From NCBI GenBank assembly GCA_001938485.1, contig MQRK01216436.1, positions 1 through 64,000 on the forward strand: a stretch of 64,000 bases of DNA, given 5' to 3'. The position numbers and the translations under genes are program-made. The notes beneath the pieces were generated by a model. The model ran no database searches. It was given only the letters and a program-made list of their open reading frames with translations, and was not told the origin of the DNA. How positions within the stretch are numbered: position 1 is the stretch's first letter; every line of letters begins with the position of its first letter. Origin of the DNA: Girardia tigrina. Its lineage: Eukaryota. Positions 49,867 through 62,953 of this stretch are shown one piece after another.

Positions 49867-52407
49867 GCACGTTCCACACAATTGAAGCACAATTTTTAAC
49901 AAACTTTATATTGCAACCTCAATTTTATATATACCTGTTAATGTGGTTTAATATATTTTATTTAAATAATTTATTTGTTATTCGTTTATCCTATACTTTA
50001 TCATTTTATTTTATCTTTTATTGAATCCTTTTAGTAATTTTAATTTATCAATAATGCCTATAAAAAAGAAACGTTGTCTGCTTGAAGAGAAGGTCAGAGT
50101 GAGTTCCGACCGTGTCGATTATGATAGCCTAAAGGTTAAGCACGTCAGTATTAGCATGGATAGGGATGAAGTAACGGTTATGAGACTGTGGTATGAGAGA
50201 TAGAACGTTGCATGTAAAGATTGTAAATATTGGTGGTCTGTGTGTAGAGGTCGGATGTTTGATTTCGATGTTGGAGTTACAGGGTCGGTCGATATGGTTG
50301 ACAGACATGATGAGACAATCGTAGTTTTAAGGAGGTTGATGACAGAGTGTAGAGCGTCGATTGCACGTTTGATGTGAAAGAGTGATAGCGACAACTGAAA
50401 AAGCCAGGTGTAAAAATTTCTGAAAAATTGATAAATGAGGGATTCGAAAGAATTTGTCAACCTGTTTCTAAAATAATTGTAAATGGAGTCTCCTTAAGTT
50501 TTACGAATTAATTTTATGTTTATTGTCACTCGGTTTAAATCGAAATGCCAGTAGTATATTATTATAGAGTAAAACAACAAAGCATAAAAGTTTCTAAATA
50601 GGACTCGTTGTGTCTAGCAAATATTCGTCTTTAATTTTATAACTAAAATAATTGAGGAGTTGATTAAATAGAGACAGAACCTCGTTAAAGAGTAATTCCT
50701 GGCTTATTCATATAAATCCAAGTACATAATCAAAATCATAATTATGTGTATAAAATAGAAACCAATAAAAAGATCGAACGTTACTATTAGTAACAGAAAC
50801 AGTTATCGTGATGAAAAATCATAAATGGTAATTAATCCTACTGTATCTATGAATTATTATTTGTAATGTTAGAAGTTTTATAATATAGTTTTATAATATG
50901 TGTATAACCCATCTAGTGTTCTTTCGTATGTCTTACTGGAGTGTGAATTAAACGAGTGTGAATTGATCATTCATTTGTAGGTGTATTTGAGTGAATTAAT
51001 ATTTTTTAGTTAATAACATTATTTCTTTTATCGTGGCAATCCTTATTTATTTTTTATTATTTTTTTCTTTTTTTGATTTAATTAGTTTTGTACTGCCTAG
51101 TAAAATAATTTGGCAATAATAAATTTAGAAATATTGCCGTAAGCAAAATTATGAATTTGAAATTGAATTCAATAAATCAATTACAAATTCAAAAGTTAAA
51201 ATATTGCTAAGTAATAGTCAGACGAATTTTAAAATAAAAAACAGACGAAGTCAAGTTACTGAATAACATCGAGAGCTGTGGGACAGAATTGAAGATATTA
51301 TAGCCAAATTACTAGTTTCCTCAATTGAAATAATCTACAGAAAGTAGAAAACATTATAGTTTGACGAAGTTATTAACCGATTTATTATTCCAAATTTCCG
51401 GTTGACAAAGATTATCTATTTTTTTGTTGTTACCAAAGAGAACATTCACATATTTTTATTCATAGGCACGAATACTCACGCGTGAGAAATATTTACGCAT
51501 AATTATTATTAAAGAAAGAAGTATATGATATAATTTATACGAAAGATTGATAATCTGAACACTTACGATCCTAGTAAAACTATTCATTTTTGTGAAGATC
51601 CAACAAGTACCTTTTTATCATTAAGTTATTGACTCTATTCATATATAGTTATATTTTGTTATTGCAATAGTTATCAATTTATTTTTTTGTACAATAGAGT
51701 TTCGTTACGACATCGAATATTTTTTTATAAATTGCCAAACTAATATTAAGTTATAAAGGGAAGAAAGGTGATTCATTAGAAACACTAAAACTAAACCATT
51801 CGAGTGATATCAACTTTCTTCTTTTTACACAATGTCTCTTTTATTCGATTTCCTTACATTACAATTAATAATGATTATATGATAATAATGAGTGCAATAA
51901 TGAATACGTACGATCGAGATAGAAGTTACAAATCAGTTATAAAATTTTGGAGTGACCGTGGCGTGATGAATATCAAACAGTCTGTTGGGATCCTGAAATA
52001 AAATATATTAAATAATATGTATAAATATTTAAAAAATCAGTAACCATTGTGTATCATTTATTATTAATTATTTATATAATCATTGTTATTACCATCGTAA
52101 TTATTATTTGGATATTCATATTACTATTATTAATATATTAAAGATCAGTATTATTAATAAATGATTATAATTATTATTAATATTATTATTAGTGGTATTA
52201 TTAAAATTATTATTGTTGCTATTATTATAATTATCATAATGATCATTAGTATTATTTGGTGTTGGTTGTTATTATTTAATTAATTATATTAATATTATTA
52301 CTAATATTATTATTATATTTGTTGTTGTTATAATTATTTATATCTTAATTATTATAAAAAGAAAGTGAAAATTTTGTTCAATTTAAGTGGCATTTATGCC
52401 AACTATG

Positions 52408-53082
52408 TAGGTGCAAGTGCACCGTGATAAGAAGAAAATATACGGTGCATGCGCACCTAGTTGTTGACATTTAGGTGCAAGTGCACCAAGCTGATTATAT
52501 GCACCAAGCAGAGTATATGCAGTGCATGCGCACCTAGTGAAAATTGGCATTTTTGCCACTAATTGAGGTGCAAGCGCACCGGGTAGAAAAAATTTTTTTT
52601 AATAAATCAATAATGGGTATAAATACCCTGACTTTTATAAGAAAGTCACAAAAAATAATTGGGAAAAATAGTTGGTAAAAAGTGGTTAAAAAGAAATAAT
52701 TTTTGAAATCCTCAATTGTTTAATAAACTGTTTATTAAAGCCGATTGTAATATTGAAAAATAAAAACAATTGAAACTGTTTGTTCAGTTATTGTGGTTCA
52801 AGTTAATAATAATATTACCATAATAAATTTTGAGGTATCTCTTGAGATAATTGTGAATCAAAAATCGGTAGCATCTCTTGCGAGATAAATTGTTTTATTT
52901 GATTGTCTCTTGTGAGGCAGTATTAAAAGTTGCAAAATATTTAATCTCCTGCGAGATTACATTATATCAAATATTTCTCATTCGAGATAATATTTTAAAT
53001 TTAAATCAACAAAATCTCATTCGAGATTGACATTGTTGACGATCCTCAAGAGAGGAATATTTACTGAACCTCAAGCGAGGAA
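52408..53082. repeat. Two arrays of short palindromes: GGTGC-N4-GCACC (52408-52580) and CTC-N4-GAG (52836-53082)
   Basis: About five and eight copies respectively, read directly from the sequence. Confidence 0.8.
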
Positions 53083-53439
53083 TAACTGTTAAAAGTATAC
53101 AAATAGTTGGAAGAACCTTCTGAACTCAAAGTCAGATTACGTGTCGATAATATAAAACTCAAGAGAGTTAAAAGGTTAATTTCATTGAATACCCAACAAG
53201 TCGTTAGAAATTTAGGTTCTACCGGTCAAGATAGTGTAGGAACTATTGTCAATAATATCGAACTAGCGGTTGTTAGAAGTAGAACGAGGCCTAGAAAAAT
53301 AAGTATTAATTGAGGAATGTATGGTTAATGTAAATATTGACTAAATGTAGGATTCGTGTGTTGAATTTAGAGTTATTTATGTACATATATAACATAAATA
53401 TATTTATATAATTAAAATTACATCGTGAATGGAAGTTTG

Positions 53440-53730
53440 GAGTCAGAGCTGAAAAACCTTCTGGAGGTGACGCATGTCGTTCCATAGCATGCAACGGGGC
53501 ATGCAGTTCGATCGTCGTCTATTTCCTGAAGGCTCTCTTTGCTCAGAATATTTAATAGCTTTGAACTGTAAAGTAACATTTTATATAAATATAAATATTA
53601 TATATAAATATAGCAAGTAAATCAACCCCTCCAGACATTGAAGCTAACCGTCTGAACCCGAAGGCTCTCTGAAGCGCATACAACTTGTTGATATACGTGG
53701 AAGAGACGCGCCCGATCGCCCTATGTAACA
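53440..53730 (+). mobile_element. Family A LTR U5 structured segment
   Basis: Clear similarity to 5187-5460 and 25167-25460. Confidence 0.8.
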
Positions 53731-53741
53731 GTTGTGAAGTA

Positions 53742-55475
53742 CAGGGTATCACAGGGTATTTAGGAAGTTTAGGGTCAATATATTGCATATTGACAATTGA
53801 AATTTTTTTTAATATCATGTAACAAATTACGTAACAAAGTTTTCAGAAGTTTTTGGAAAAACAAGTTAAATAATGACTCATTTATAGATTATTCAATTTG
53901 AAACAACTATTTTGAAGTAAAAATATGCCCTAAATGAACAGTAACAAAATTATTCAATAAAAATCAATATTTATTAATATAAAAGATTTTCAAAGTAAGA
54001 TCCTTCTGAAACAACTACATTTCTTAATCGCTGCTCAAAGTTGTTTACAACTCTTTTTAACATTTCAAGAGTCATCTCTCGAATCCTGGCTTCAATTCAA
54101 TTTTTTAAATCTTCCAAATTAACCACTGGAGTTCTATAAATACCATCCTTTATGAATCCCAAAAAAAAATTATCGCATGGATTCAAATCAGGTGAATAAG
54201 GAGGCCAACATATTCCTTTACTAGTAATTTTCTCTGAATCCAATCCAATTATTCGACCGTCAAAATGTTATGAAAGATAATCGAATACTTTACAGGTTCT
54301 ATGCGGTCTAGCACCATCTTGCATGAAATAAAAGTCGGTTATTTTTCCCAAACCATACAAATAAAGTAGCACTTGTTCTTGAAGAATGTTTAAATAAACC
54401 GTTGATTTAATATTTTCAGAAAAGATAACCGGTCCAATAATCATTTCTGAAGATATACCACACCAGACAGTTAATCTTTTCGGGTTGCAAGGGTTTAAAA
54501 ATGGAATAATGTGGATTTTCTGATCCCCAAATTATACATTTTGCTGATTAACGAATTCTTTTATTTGAAAGTGCGCTTCATCTGAAAACAAAATCTTTCC
54601 GAAATTAATATCGTTATTTTCTGCCATTGTAAACATTTGATTTGCAAATTCAAAACGTCTTTCACAAGAAAGTTGATTTATGGGTTGATTGATTTGAATC
54701 TTGTATGGAAATAACGACAATTATTTCTTGATAATTCTTTGTACCGATGATTTGCTGATGTCCAGTTGCTTGCTTGCCATTCTAATAGATGTTGAAGGGC
54801 TTTGCGTGATCAATTCCTAAACTTTCTTAACCTATTCTTCGAGAACAACCATATTTTTCTTTGTTTACATCCCTTCTTTATCGTCCATAATGCAAACAGT
54901 AGTCATAAATTTGTCAAATACTCTAAAATAATGATAAAAATAGTTTAATTCCTTTTAAGTGCCTTTACTAACCTTTTAATTGTCTTTGGATATATATTGT
55001 GGTGATTTCTAAACTTTTGAATAATTTAATCGCTTCTGGTGATGCGTTCGTATCCTGATAAAATAAAACCATAAAACATCATTGTTCTGTAGAATATCGG
55101 TTCATTTTCGCTGAATAAAGATGAAACTTGAGCACTGTCGAAACTAAAACACACTCTACATAAACAATATGGATTCTAGCGATCAAAATCTAATTACAAA
55201 TTGATCGATTTATTGTTTTAATCAATAAAATTAATTTAAATATCGATAAATCAAAATTTTTAAGATTTATAATTTTGTTAAAATTCATTTTAGGGCATAT
55301 GTTTACTTCAAAAAAGTTGTTTAAAATTGAATAATCTATAAAAGGGTTAGGTTATTTTGTTTATCCAAAATTTTTTGAAAACTTTGTTACGTAATTTGTT
55401 ATATGATGCTAGATTTTTAAAAAATTTTTAATAAAATTCAATATATACTATATATAAATAAACCTTAAACCTATA
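53742..55475 (-). mobile_element. Mariner-like (DD41D/rosa-related) element with long TIRs; decayed transposase 55105 to ~53960
   Basis: ~120-200-bp inverted repeats (53814-53938 vs 55283-55408); LFSDEAHF, FMQDGARPH and WPPYSPDLNPCD motifs; internal stops. Confidence 0.9.
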
Positions 55476-55489
55476 TTTAACAATAAAAT

Positions 55490-56465
55490 TAAGATTATGC
55501 ATTACGCATAAAATTTATTACACAAACTTAATTTAGCATAAAGTTTATTTAGCATCAATTTACATTATATTTATTAAGCCTAAAATTTATTTAGCATCAA
55601 TTTACATAAAATTTATTAAGCATAAAATTTAATTCAAAATAAATTAATTCAATAAAGAAAAAATTATTTAGCATCAATTTACATAAAATTTAATAAGCAT
55701 AAAGTTTATTTAGCATCAATTTACATAAAATGTATTAAGCGTAAAGTTTATTTAGCATCAATTTACATAAAATTTATTAAGCATAAAATTTATTTAGCAT
55801 AAAATTTATTTTGTTTTATTATATATAAAATTATTTATTTTCATTAATTATTTTATTTCATTATTTAATTATGGTCATTATTTCAAACTAGAAGAGGCAA
55901 GCCTTTGCTTATAGACGGAGAATTTCAATACCATTTGAATTAAAAAAACTCGCAGGTACAAAGATGTACTGGCTTTGCACAAAGAGGGAGGTTTGCAAAG
56001 TCAGGTTTGTTACAAATGTTGGTGTTTTATAAATTTATTGCTGGGTAAAGATAATTGAATTGTCATAGAATAATTCTGTTCAAAGAAAATATATTGTTGT
56101 AAATTGAATCAACTTAATTCTAAGGCTGTGTTGCTTGTTCGTAGCTCGAACCCAGCTCAAAATTGATACTGTGAAATTTATTTCAATTGAGATCAACAAC
56201 GAATATCATAGGAATTTATATTTCATAATCACAAGATATACTCTTCAAAATATTGCACATGGATAATTAAGGCCGAATAAAAATTTATTAAAAATTAACT
56301 TGAATTTTTATGTTTTTGTCTTTGATTATTAAGTTTTTTTTGCATCCCTTTAAAAATTTTTGTAGGATATTTATACCAAATTTTTGCTTATATATAACAA
56401 TATATATATATATATNNNNNNNNNNNNNNNNNNNNNNNNNNNNNNNNNNNNNNNNNNNNNNNNNN

Positions 56466-56503
<38 letters not shown>

Positions 56504-57640
56504 TAAATTATTTATTTTCAAAATTGATGATTTTTAGAAATTCAATTATCTGATGATTTTGAGCAATCCAATTATTTGATGATTTTGTCAGAAATTGTTA
56601 ATTGCGGATTTGTCAGTTGGATTTAATTTTGAAATTAAATTCCCATTTTTTACAATTTTCCATTCTGGGAAGTGTTATATGATTTTTATACGATTTTTTT
56701 ATAATAATAATACTATTTTTATAATTACAATAATTTAAAAATACAATAATAATAATAAATTTTTATTAAAAGGTAAACCTTTGGCGAACTTTTCCGCCAA
56801 AATCAGGAGTACCCTCATAATGAATGGGTCCCTGAGGAGAAAGGAGAAACTCGCCGAAAAGGAATATAATAATATTAATTCCAATAGTAAAAATAATTAT
56901 GATAATGATAAAATTAATGACAATAATTATAATAACAATTATACTAATAATAATAATAATTAAAATGATTAATATTAATAATAGTTATAAAGATATTAAT
57001 TATAGCAACATTATTGATATTATTTTATTTTTTTATATTTTAAAAGTTATTTCCATGATATTTTAATATTAAAAGTTAATTATTAGTTTAGGGAACCCCA
57101 ACACAAATGCAGATCTTGAACATGGTGAATTTATAGACTTCTATGGGAGAACTTATATAGGGCTGATTAAACAGGAAAATAGTTGGATTATTGTGACTAG
57201 GTTCGAGAACACCACTTGGAGTTGTTATAATTCCGTACTCTCTGGATGTCGACGAACTAATAATGCTGTTGAAGGATGGCATTCTCGTTTTCAAATCCAA
57301 TCGCATCCTGCCACTATTTGGAAATTTCTGGCTTTTATTAGAAAAGATGAGGCGGACAACAAAGTTTTGATTGAGTAATTGTTTGGAGGGCACAGAAAGA
57401 TTAGGCATCCCATAAAACGCGTTTATCTTATTAATAATTCGCGAATCTATGAACTTGTCCGATCATATAATGAATTTAAAAATACTGGTATGACAAAGGT
57501 CTACTTGCATAGAATAGGAAGATTGCTGAAGAACAACTTTGTTTATATTCCAGAGTAAAATGATTACCAACCTAGTTGAATTTTATTAAAAATATTGATT
57601 TTATGTTTAATAAATTTTTGTGTAATAAATTTTACGTGTA
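55490..57640 (+). mobile_element. Degenerate Mutator (MULE) element with a subterminal tandem array at 55500-55810
   Basis: FLYWCH-like TRRGKPLLIDGEFQY...YWLC....C at 55880-56005; RTNNAVEGWH and HPATIWKFL at 57250-57335. Confidence 0.8.
56017..57103. mobile_element. Solo LTR inserted in the MULE transposase
   Basis: TGTTGGTG...CCCCAACA termini; TSD CAAA. Confidence 0.8.
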
Positions 57641-58139
57641 ATTTCTAGGTACCAAAATTAGCGACGACATACCCTGTATATCGATAGTGTATAGATAATG
57701 AAATAAAGAAATATTATGAGTTGTCGTTAATCTCAGAAAGCGACTGGGGGCTCAGAGCTCACAAAAATATTGTCAAGAGAGGGGAACGCGAAATATATTT
57801 ATAAAATTGTGTGTTGTTTGTGTAAAAAAATTTAAAATAATTAAATTTTTGTTAATGTTGATATCTGGAAAATACCAGTTTTTGCGTTGTTTAAATAATA
57901 TTCTCGTCGCGATTTACAACGATCTGTCGGTTTGGTTAATCGAGATAGCCATCGATTGTTGCGCGATCCCACTTTACTCCGCGTGTTGAAATTGTCAAAA
58001 AAGAGCCCTTTTCTATTGTTTACTGGTACGTCGAGCAGCTTCCGTTATTGACGGTTCTCAATATTTACTCAAAAACAAAATAATCTCGAACAATTTTAAA
58101 TCTCAAAATCAAATTTTCACAATTTTATTCAATATTATT

Positions 58140-58664
58140 TAAACAACCCAAAAACTGGAATTTGGTCGGCTGACAGTCAATGAATCCGATCGTTATCTCA
58201 TGTCCCTTGCTCGTTTGCCCTGATATCAGGTTCTGTGACTTGATTCCTGAATCAATTCTGTCGACTTGTAAATTAGCGCGCGAATTGAAACACATAAATC
58301 TCGAGGGAGTTTCGATCGTGCACGAATCGATCGATTTGATTTGTACTACTTACCGCAACTGGAGATTCTCAACTTGTCTCACTGTGTCTCATTGACTGAT
58401 CAATCGATTCTGTCGATCTCGGAATCGTTGAAGATCATCTCGAAAATCAATCTTGACGGTATTCAGGACATCACGGATTACGGATCGATTAATTTGTGTC
58501 GACGACATTCCGAAAATTTATCGGCGATTTGGATCAATGAATACAAGTTGACAGAAATCGGATTTGCGGCGTTGACCAATTGTCGATCGTTGCCGACTTT
58601 ATCGATCAGATACGTGGAATCACTGTCCGATCAGATCATCCGGTCGTTAGTCTGTGGTCGTTGA
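58140..58664 (+). pseudogene. Cysteine-containing leucine-rich-repeat (FBXL-like) fragment, frameshifted
   Basis: LEILNLSHCVSLTDQSI, INLDGIQDITDYG and LSIRYVESLSD repeats. Confidence 0.7.
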
Positions 58665-58918
58665 CAATTCACATGGCGGTGTTGTTGAAATCATAATATA
58701 TCATAAATAGACAGAAAAGTACAGAAATGTCAAGCCATGCATAACATTCTGAGAGCAGATCGTGATTGCCTCATCTGCCGGTACCGGAGGAGAACCTTAT
58801 TATATGTTTATGTGATTTTTGGTGTATTATAAATATTTATATCAATTTAAAATAATTTTTATATATTAATAAATTAATAGACCTAAATTTGGGACATTCT
58901 CCATCTTCTTTACTGTGT

Positions 58919-59057
58919 CAAGAGAGAGAGGGGATCCCATCTGATCAACAACGATTGATGTTCGTCAACAAACAATTGATGGATGGGACGAACGTTGAAG
59001 AACTACAAAATCCAGAAAGACTCCACATTACAAGTGCTACTCCGACTCCAAGGAGGA
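58919..59057 (+). pseudogene. Ubiquitin residues ~31-76, in frame with the downstream BEL gag
   Basis: QEREGIPSDQQRLMF..KQL / GRTLKNYKIQKDSTLQVLLRLQGG, with one frameshift. Confidence 0.85.
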
Positions 59058-60620
59058 ATGGAGTCGGACGATCTGGAGATGAAATTTTCAAACAGATTTA
59101 GGCGGAAAAGATTTGAAAAAGGAGTCCTCACCAGATTTCCTAATAATCTATTTTATGCTGAGACAAATACAGAGAAAAAAGATGCTAGACGACAGTACGA
59201 GGAGAAATACCTTCAAGTGATAGAAGAACTGTGCTCGGCATAAAATTGGAAAAAGATCAGGTTCAAGAAAAAAGATCTCAAAGATCTAGAGTTGAAATAT
59301 GAGGATATTGCACATTTAATGCAAGCAAGGGAGGATAAAAAGTTGATTAATGCTGCAGGTGTGAGAAATAACAATGGGAACGCAACAGAAAAACGAACTT
59401 TGTCTTGGTGAAGGAAACTTTCGATTCCAACGTTTTCTGGAAACGTGAAGGAATATGAAAGTTGGAGAGCAGCGTTCAAGCATTGCATCAAACAGGCGAG
59501 TGCATCCATGGAGGAAAACTTCTTCACCTGAGGAATTATTTGAGTGGGACAGCCTTGAAACTGATCGAGTTTAGGCTTTGGGATTCCGCCTTCGATAAAG
59601 TGTTGCGACGTTTGAAGGAGCTAGACGGCTGTATCTTTCAGTCTTGGAAGATATAGACAATTTCCGGGCCGTCAAAGAGGAATCATTCCGGGAAATCGAA
59701 AAAAATTGCCAAACTGATCGAAAATGTGGTGGTGATACTGAAGTAGATTAACAAGTAGCCGGAGCTGCATGACGTGGTTCTGTTTCAGACATTGTTGAAG
59801 AAGCTCCCATCAAAGATGTTATTGAAGTACGAAAATGGATTCGCAACCAATTGAAGGAGAGAAGCGTAGAGAAGTTGCACGAGTGGATACAGGAAGAAGC
59901 GAGTTTGAGGAGGGGTGTTCAGGAAACACTATTCTGAGTGAAACCACCTCAAAAAATAGAAAGTGACTTCCTATGTAACCCATGGCAACAACAGTGAATT
60001 GAGATCTAAGAGAGTTGGAGAAAATATGTAAAATGTCTTATGGATCATTCATTGGATAAGTGTGATGATTTCCAAGAGCTGACTGTTGCGGCACTGAGTG
60101 ACATTGTGAAAAAGGAGAAATTGTGCTTCAACTGCCTCAGAGGAAATCATCAAATGAAGGATTGCAGATTCACAAGTTGTGCTCAGTGTGGTAAAAAGCA
60201 TCACTCATTACTTCATTATGACCAAGGAGAAAACTTTGAAAAGAAAACCGATTTAAATTTAATCGCTCCGCTTAGGTGGAGTTAAATGAAATCCTTTGTA
60301 ACGCAAGAGTCTGCAACTATTATTAAAAATGGATAAGTGGCATTAAGGACTGTTGCAGTTAACACAGATGGAAAAGTGTGAAAATTAATGCGCTTCTGGA
60401 CGATGCAAGTACTGGGACGTACATAACAGAAACGGTAGTTAAGGAGGTGGTACTAAATGGAGAGAATCGGAGTCTATCAGTTGGGATCATCGGAGGAACC
60501 ATGCATCTATTAAAAGTAAAGGAAATATAAGTTACTTTAAGCAGCATCCACAAACATTTCCAAAAGAAAATAAATGCGCTTGCAATGACAACCATTGTTG
60601 GTGATATGAAAGATTAGGAC
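59058..60620 (+). mobile_element. Degenerate BEL/Pao gag-protease
   Basis: IPTFSGNVKEYESW...KLLHLRNYLSG.A (DUF1759-like); LCFNCLRGNH..KDC...CAQCGKKHHSLLH; protease ALLDDASTGTYI. Confidence 0.9.
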
Positions 60621-60639
60621 TCGAGAAAATTAGGTTCTC

Positions 60640-60800
60640 TTTCCATCATTTATATCTCAAGTTCCTGGAGCAAAGGAAAAGACTTGAAGAGATTGCAAAG
60701 TGTGCTCGTCAATACGAAATCGCCAGAAAAACCATTTTTATGTAATGACTGTAAAATTGTTCGATATGTTGCACCTTGCTTCAATGATTATCATTCTTCT
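60640..60800 (+). pseudogene. piggyBac C-terminal cysteine-rich domain remnant
   Basis: CKVCS.....KT.F.CNDC.......PCFNDYH after correcting one frameshift. Confidence 0.6.
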
Positions 60801-61159
60801 CTTCATCAAATACCTTTATTATGCTTTTTTAAGAAAATTTAAATATCTTCTGTTCATAGACCTGTACCTAGTACACACATATATACCTCTACACCTAACC
60901 ACGAATATTTGGCTCACGCAAGTACCGAGAATACCTGACAAACAGACTTAGAAAAATGAATAAATTTCTAAAAAAAACATCAACAATTAATAGCATGAAA
61001 GTTATATTAAAGCACATAAATAAATTAAAAAAGATTTATTAAAATTAGGTTTATTAGTCACCTTAGAGCGATAATAAATCCAAACGAAATAAATAATCCT
61101 AAGCGCGGAAATAATCACGTCCGATGTCATTAGTCATGTCGATCCCCTGAATGAATTCC

Positions 61160-61803
61160 TCGACAACCCAAAAAGAAGCAATAAAAATTAAAGACCACTA
61201 ACAATAAATTAAAAAACTTCAGTTTTTCCAAAAACAAAAATTCGACTATTATTCGCTGAACAGGAGGCCGTGTCTCCATGTTTTGGAAAGAGAACTGTCT
61301 GTCAAGTTATCATTTAAAGCACTCAGAAATTATCCTCGTTGAATTACATCGTCAATGTTTTTCACTATAATTCTTTGAACGTTTAAATTAGAATTAATTT
61401 GAGGAAAAGTTATTGGTGTTCGGGTGACTGTATATTCCGTTTGTGAATTTTGAATATCTTTATCGAATTCAATAAGTGCATACGGTCTCAATGCAATTTC
61501 AAATTTACTTCCATATTTATTATGAAATTCAGCTATAATATCAATCAAAAATGCAAATGCCACATTTTTAGAAAATTCCTTTATAGTTAAGATGATACAA
61601 CAAATTTCTCTATCAATTAAATCATGAAACATATACAGATCACTTTCTATGGAACAAATTGAATAATATAAATTAGTCATTTTATTAAACAATGGTTTCG
61701 CTTGATTTTGATGATTATTTAAACTTTTAATATTTTTATCTTCTTGCATTGAAGACGCTAACACCAGTCCATCGTTTATTTTTAAATTTATCAGCAAGAT
61801 CAT
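61160..61803 (-). pseudogene. SEC22: SEC22-like longin R-SNARE, intronless, with a premature stop after the NIDDVIQRG motif
   Basis: DGLVLASSMQED, QNQAK.LF.K, AFAFL, RPYALIEFD and NVQRIIVKNIDDVIQRG*; degraded TM-like sequence follows. Confidence 0.85.
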
Positions 61804-62953
61804 TTTTAAGTTTACGTGGAATTATTTCACAAATTGCCAAAGATACTGGAGAGCAAAAAAGAACGAAATTTTTATTGTTCTCTATCGAAAACCCCCAACC
61901 GATTGAATACAGACGTATTCTAATTCAAACTCTTTTTAAATTGTTTTTTAAAAGAAATAAAGACAGACGAGAAAGTTATTATTATTTTTTTCCAGACTAA
62001 TTGTGACAAAAATTCACATTTGAACAAAAGCATTCCTCGCACACACACAACACACACACTCAACCAATCAATTATTTACATTCACATATCAAAGTAACAA
62101 TACACACTGCATTCAGACATTCAATAAAAAAAAGAGGCTCACCATTTGTTTTTCTACTCCAATGAAATGACACACATACATTGATCGATTAAATCTCTGG
62201 TGATTACTATTTCTATTACCATTACTCAAATTATTATTACTCAAATTACTATTACTATATATGTGGTGAGAGAAGAACAAATTTGTCAAGTTGAAAAACT
62301 TGTTTATATAAAAGAGAACTTAAGACAGATGAAGAACATGAATAATGTGCCTTTTATAGTTTGATTCAATTTTACAAAAATAAATTTGAAATATTCTTGT
62401 TTTCTTTTTTGTAAATTTTCTTTGTCATTATTGTAGCACAATAGCAAATATCAATGAGCAAATAAAAGTTTAAGTTTGCATTTAGCTGCTTTATATTTAA
62501 ATGTTATTTTTCGATGCAGGCGTTTGATACATCGTTGCTCCATAGTACATGTCTGTACGATGATCTCGGGTGTGGTACAGAAAATATTTAATATACACAT
62601 GAGTATAATTCACTCAAAACGCACACAAACTCTATAATCTGAAAGCGTCACACATTTTACACGAATATTCCGTTTTCATTCTATTGGTTGTAATTCTATA
62701 CAACTCGAATTTATGGATTCGAAACTTATTTTGCCGAGACCCAACGTGGTCGGGAATGAATAACCTGGTAGATCTCAGTTTATTAGTTCAGGAACTAGCT
62801 TTCAGCTCGCCTCCGAGCTCAAGAGCCCACCTCTTGCACTTTGACGCGTGATCGAGACGGGATTCTGCTTCTGTAAATAGACTAAATGTGGAGTTTTTAT
62901 AAGTTGATTATAGTCGAGCTTTATATAATAGTTTGAGCTATAATTATTGTGTA

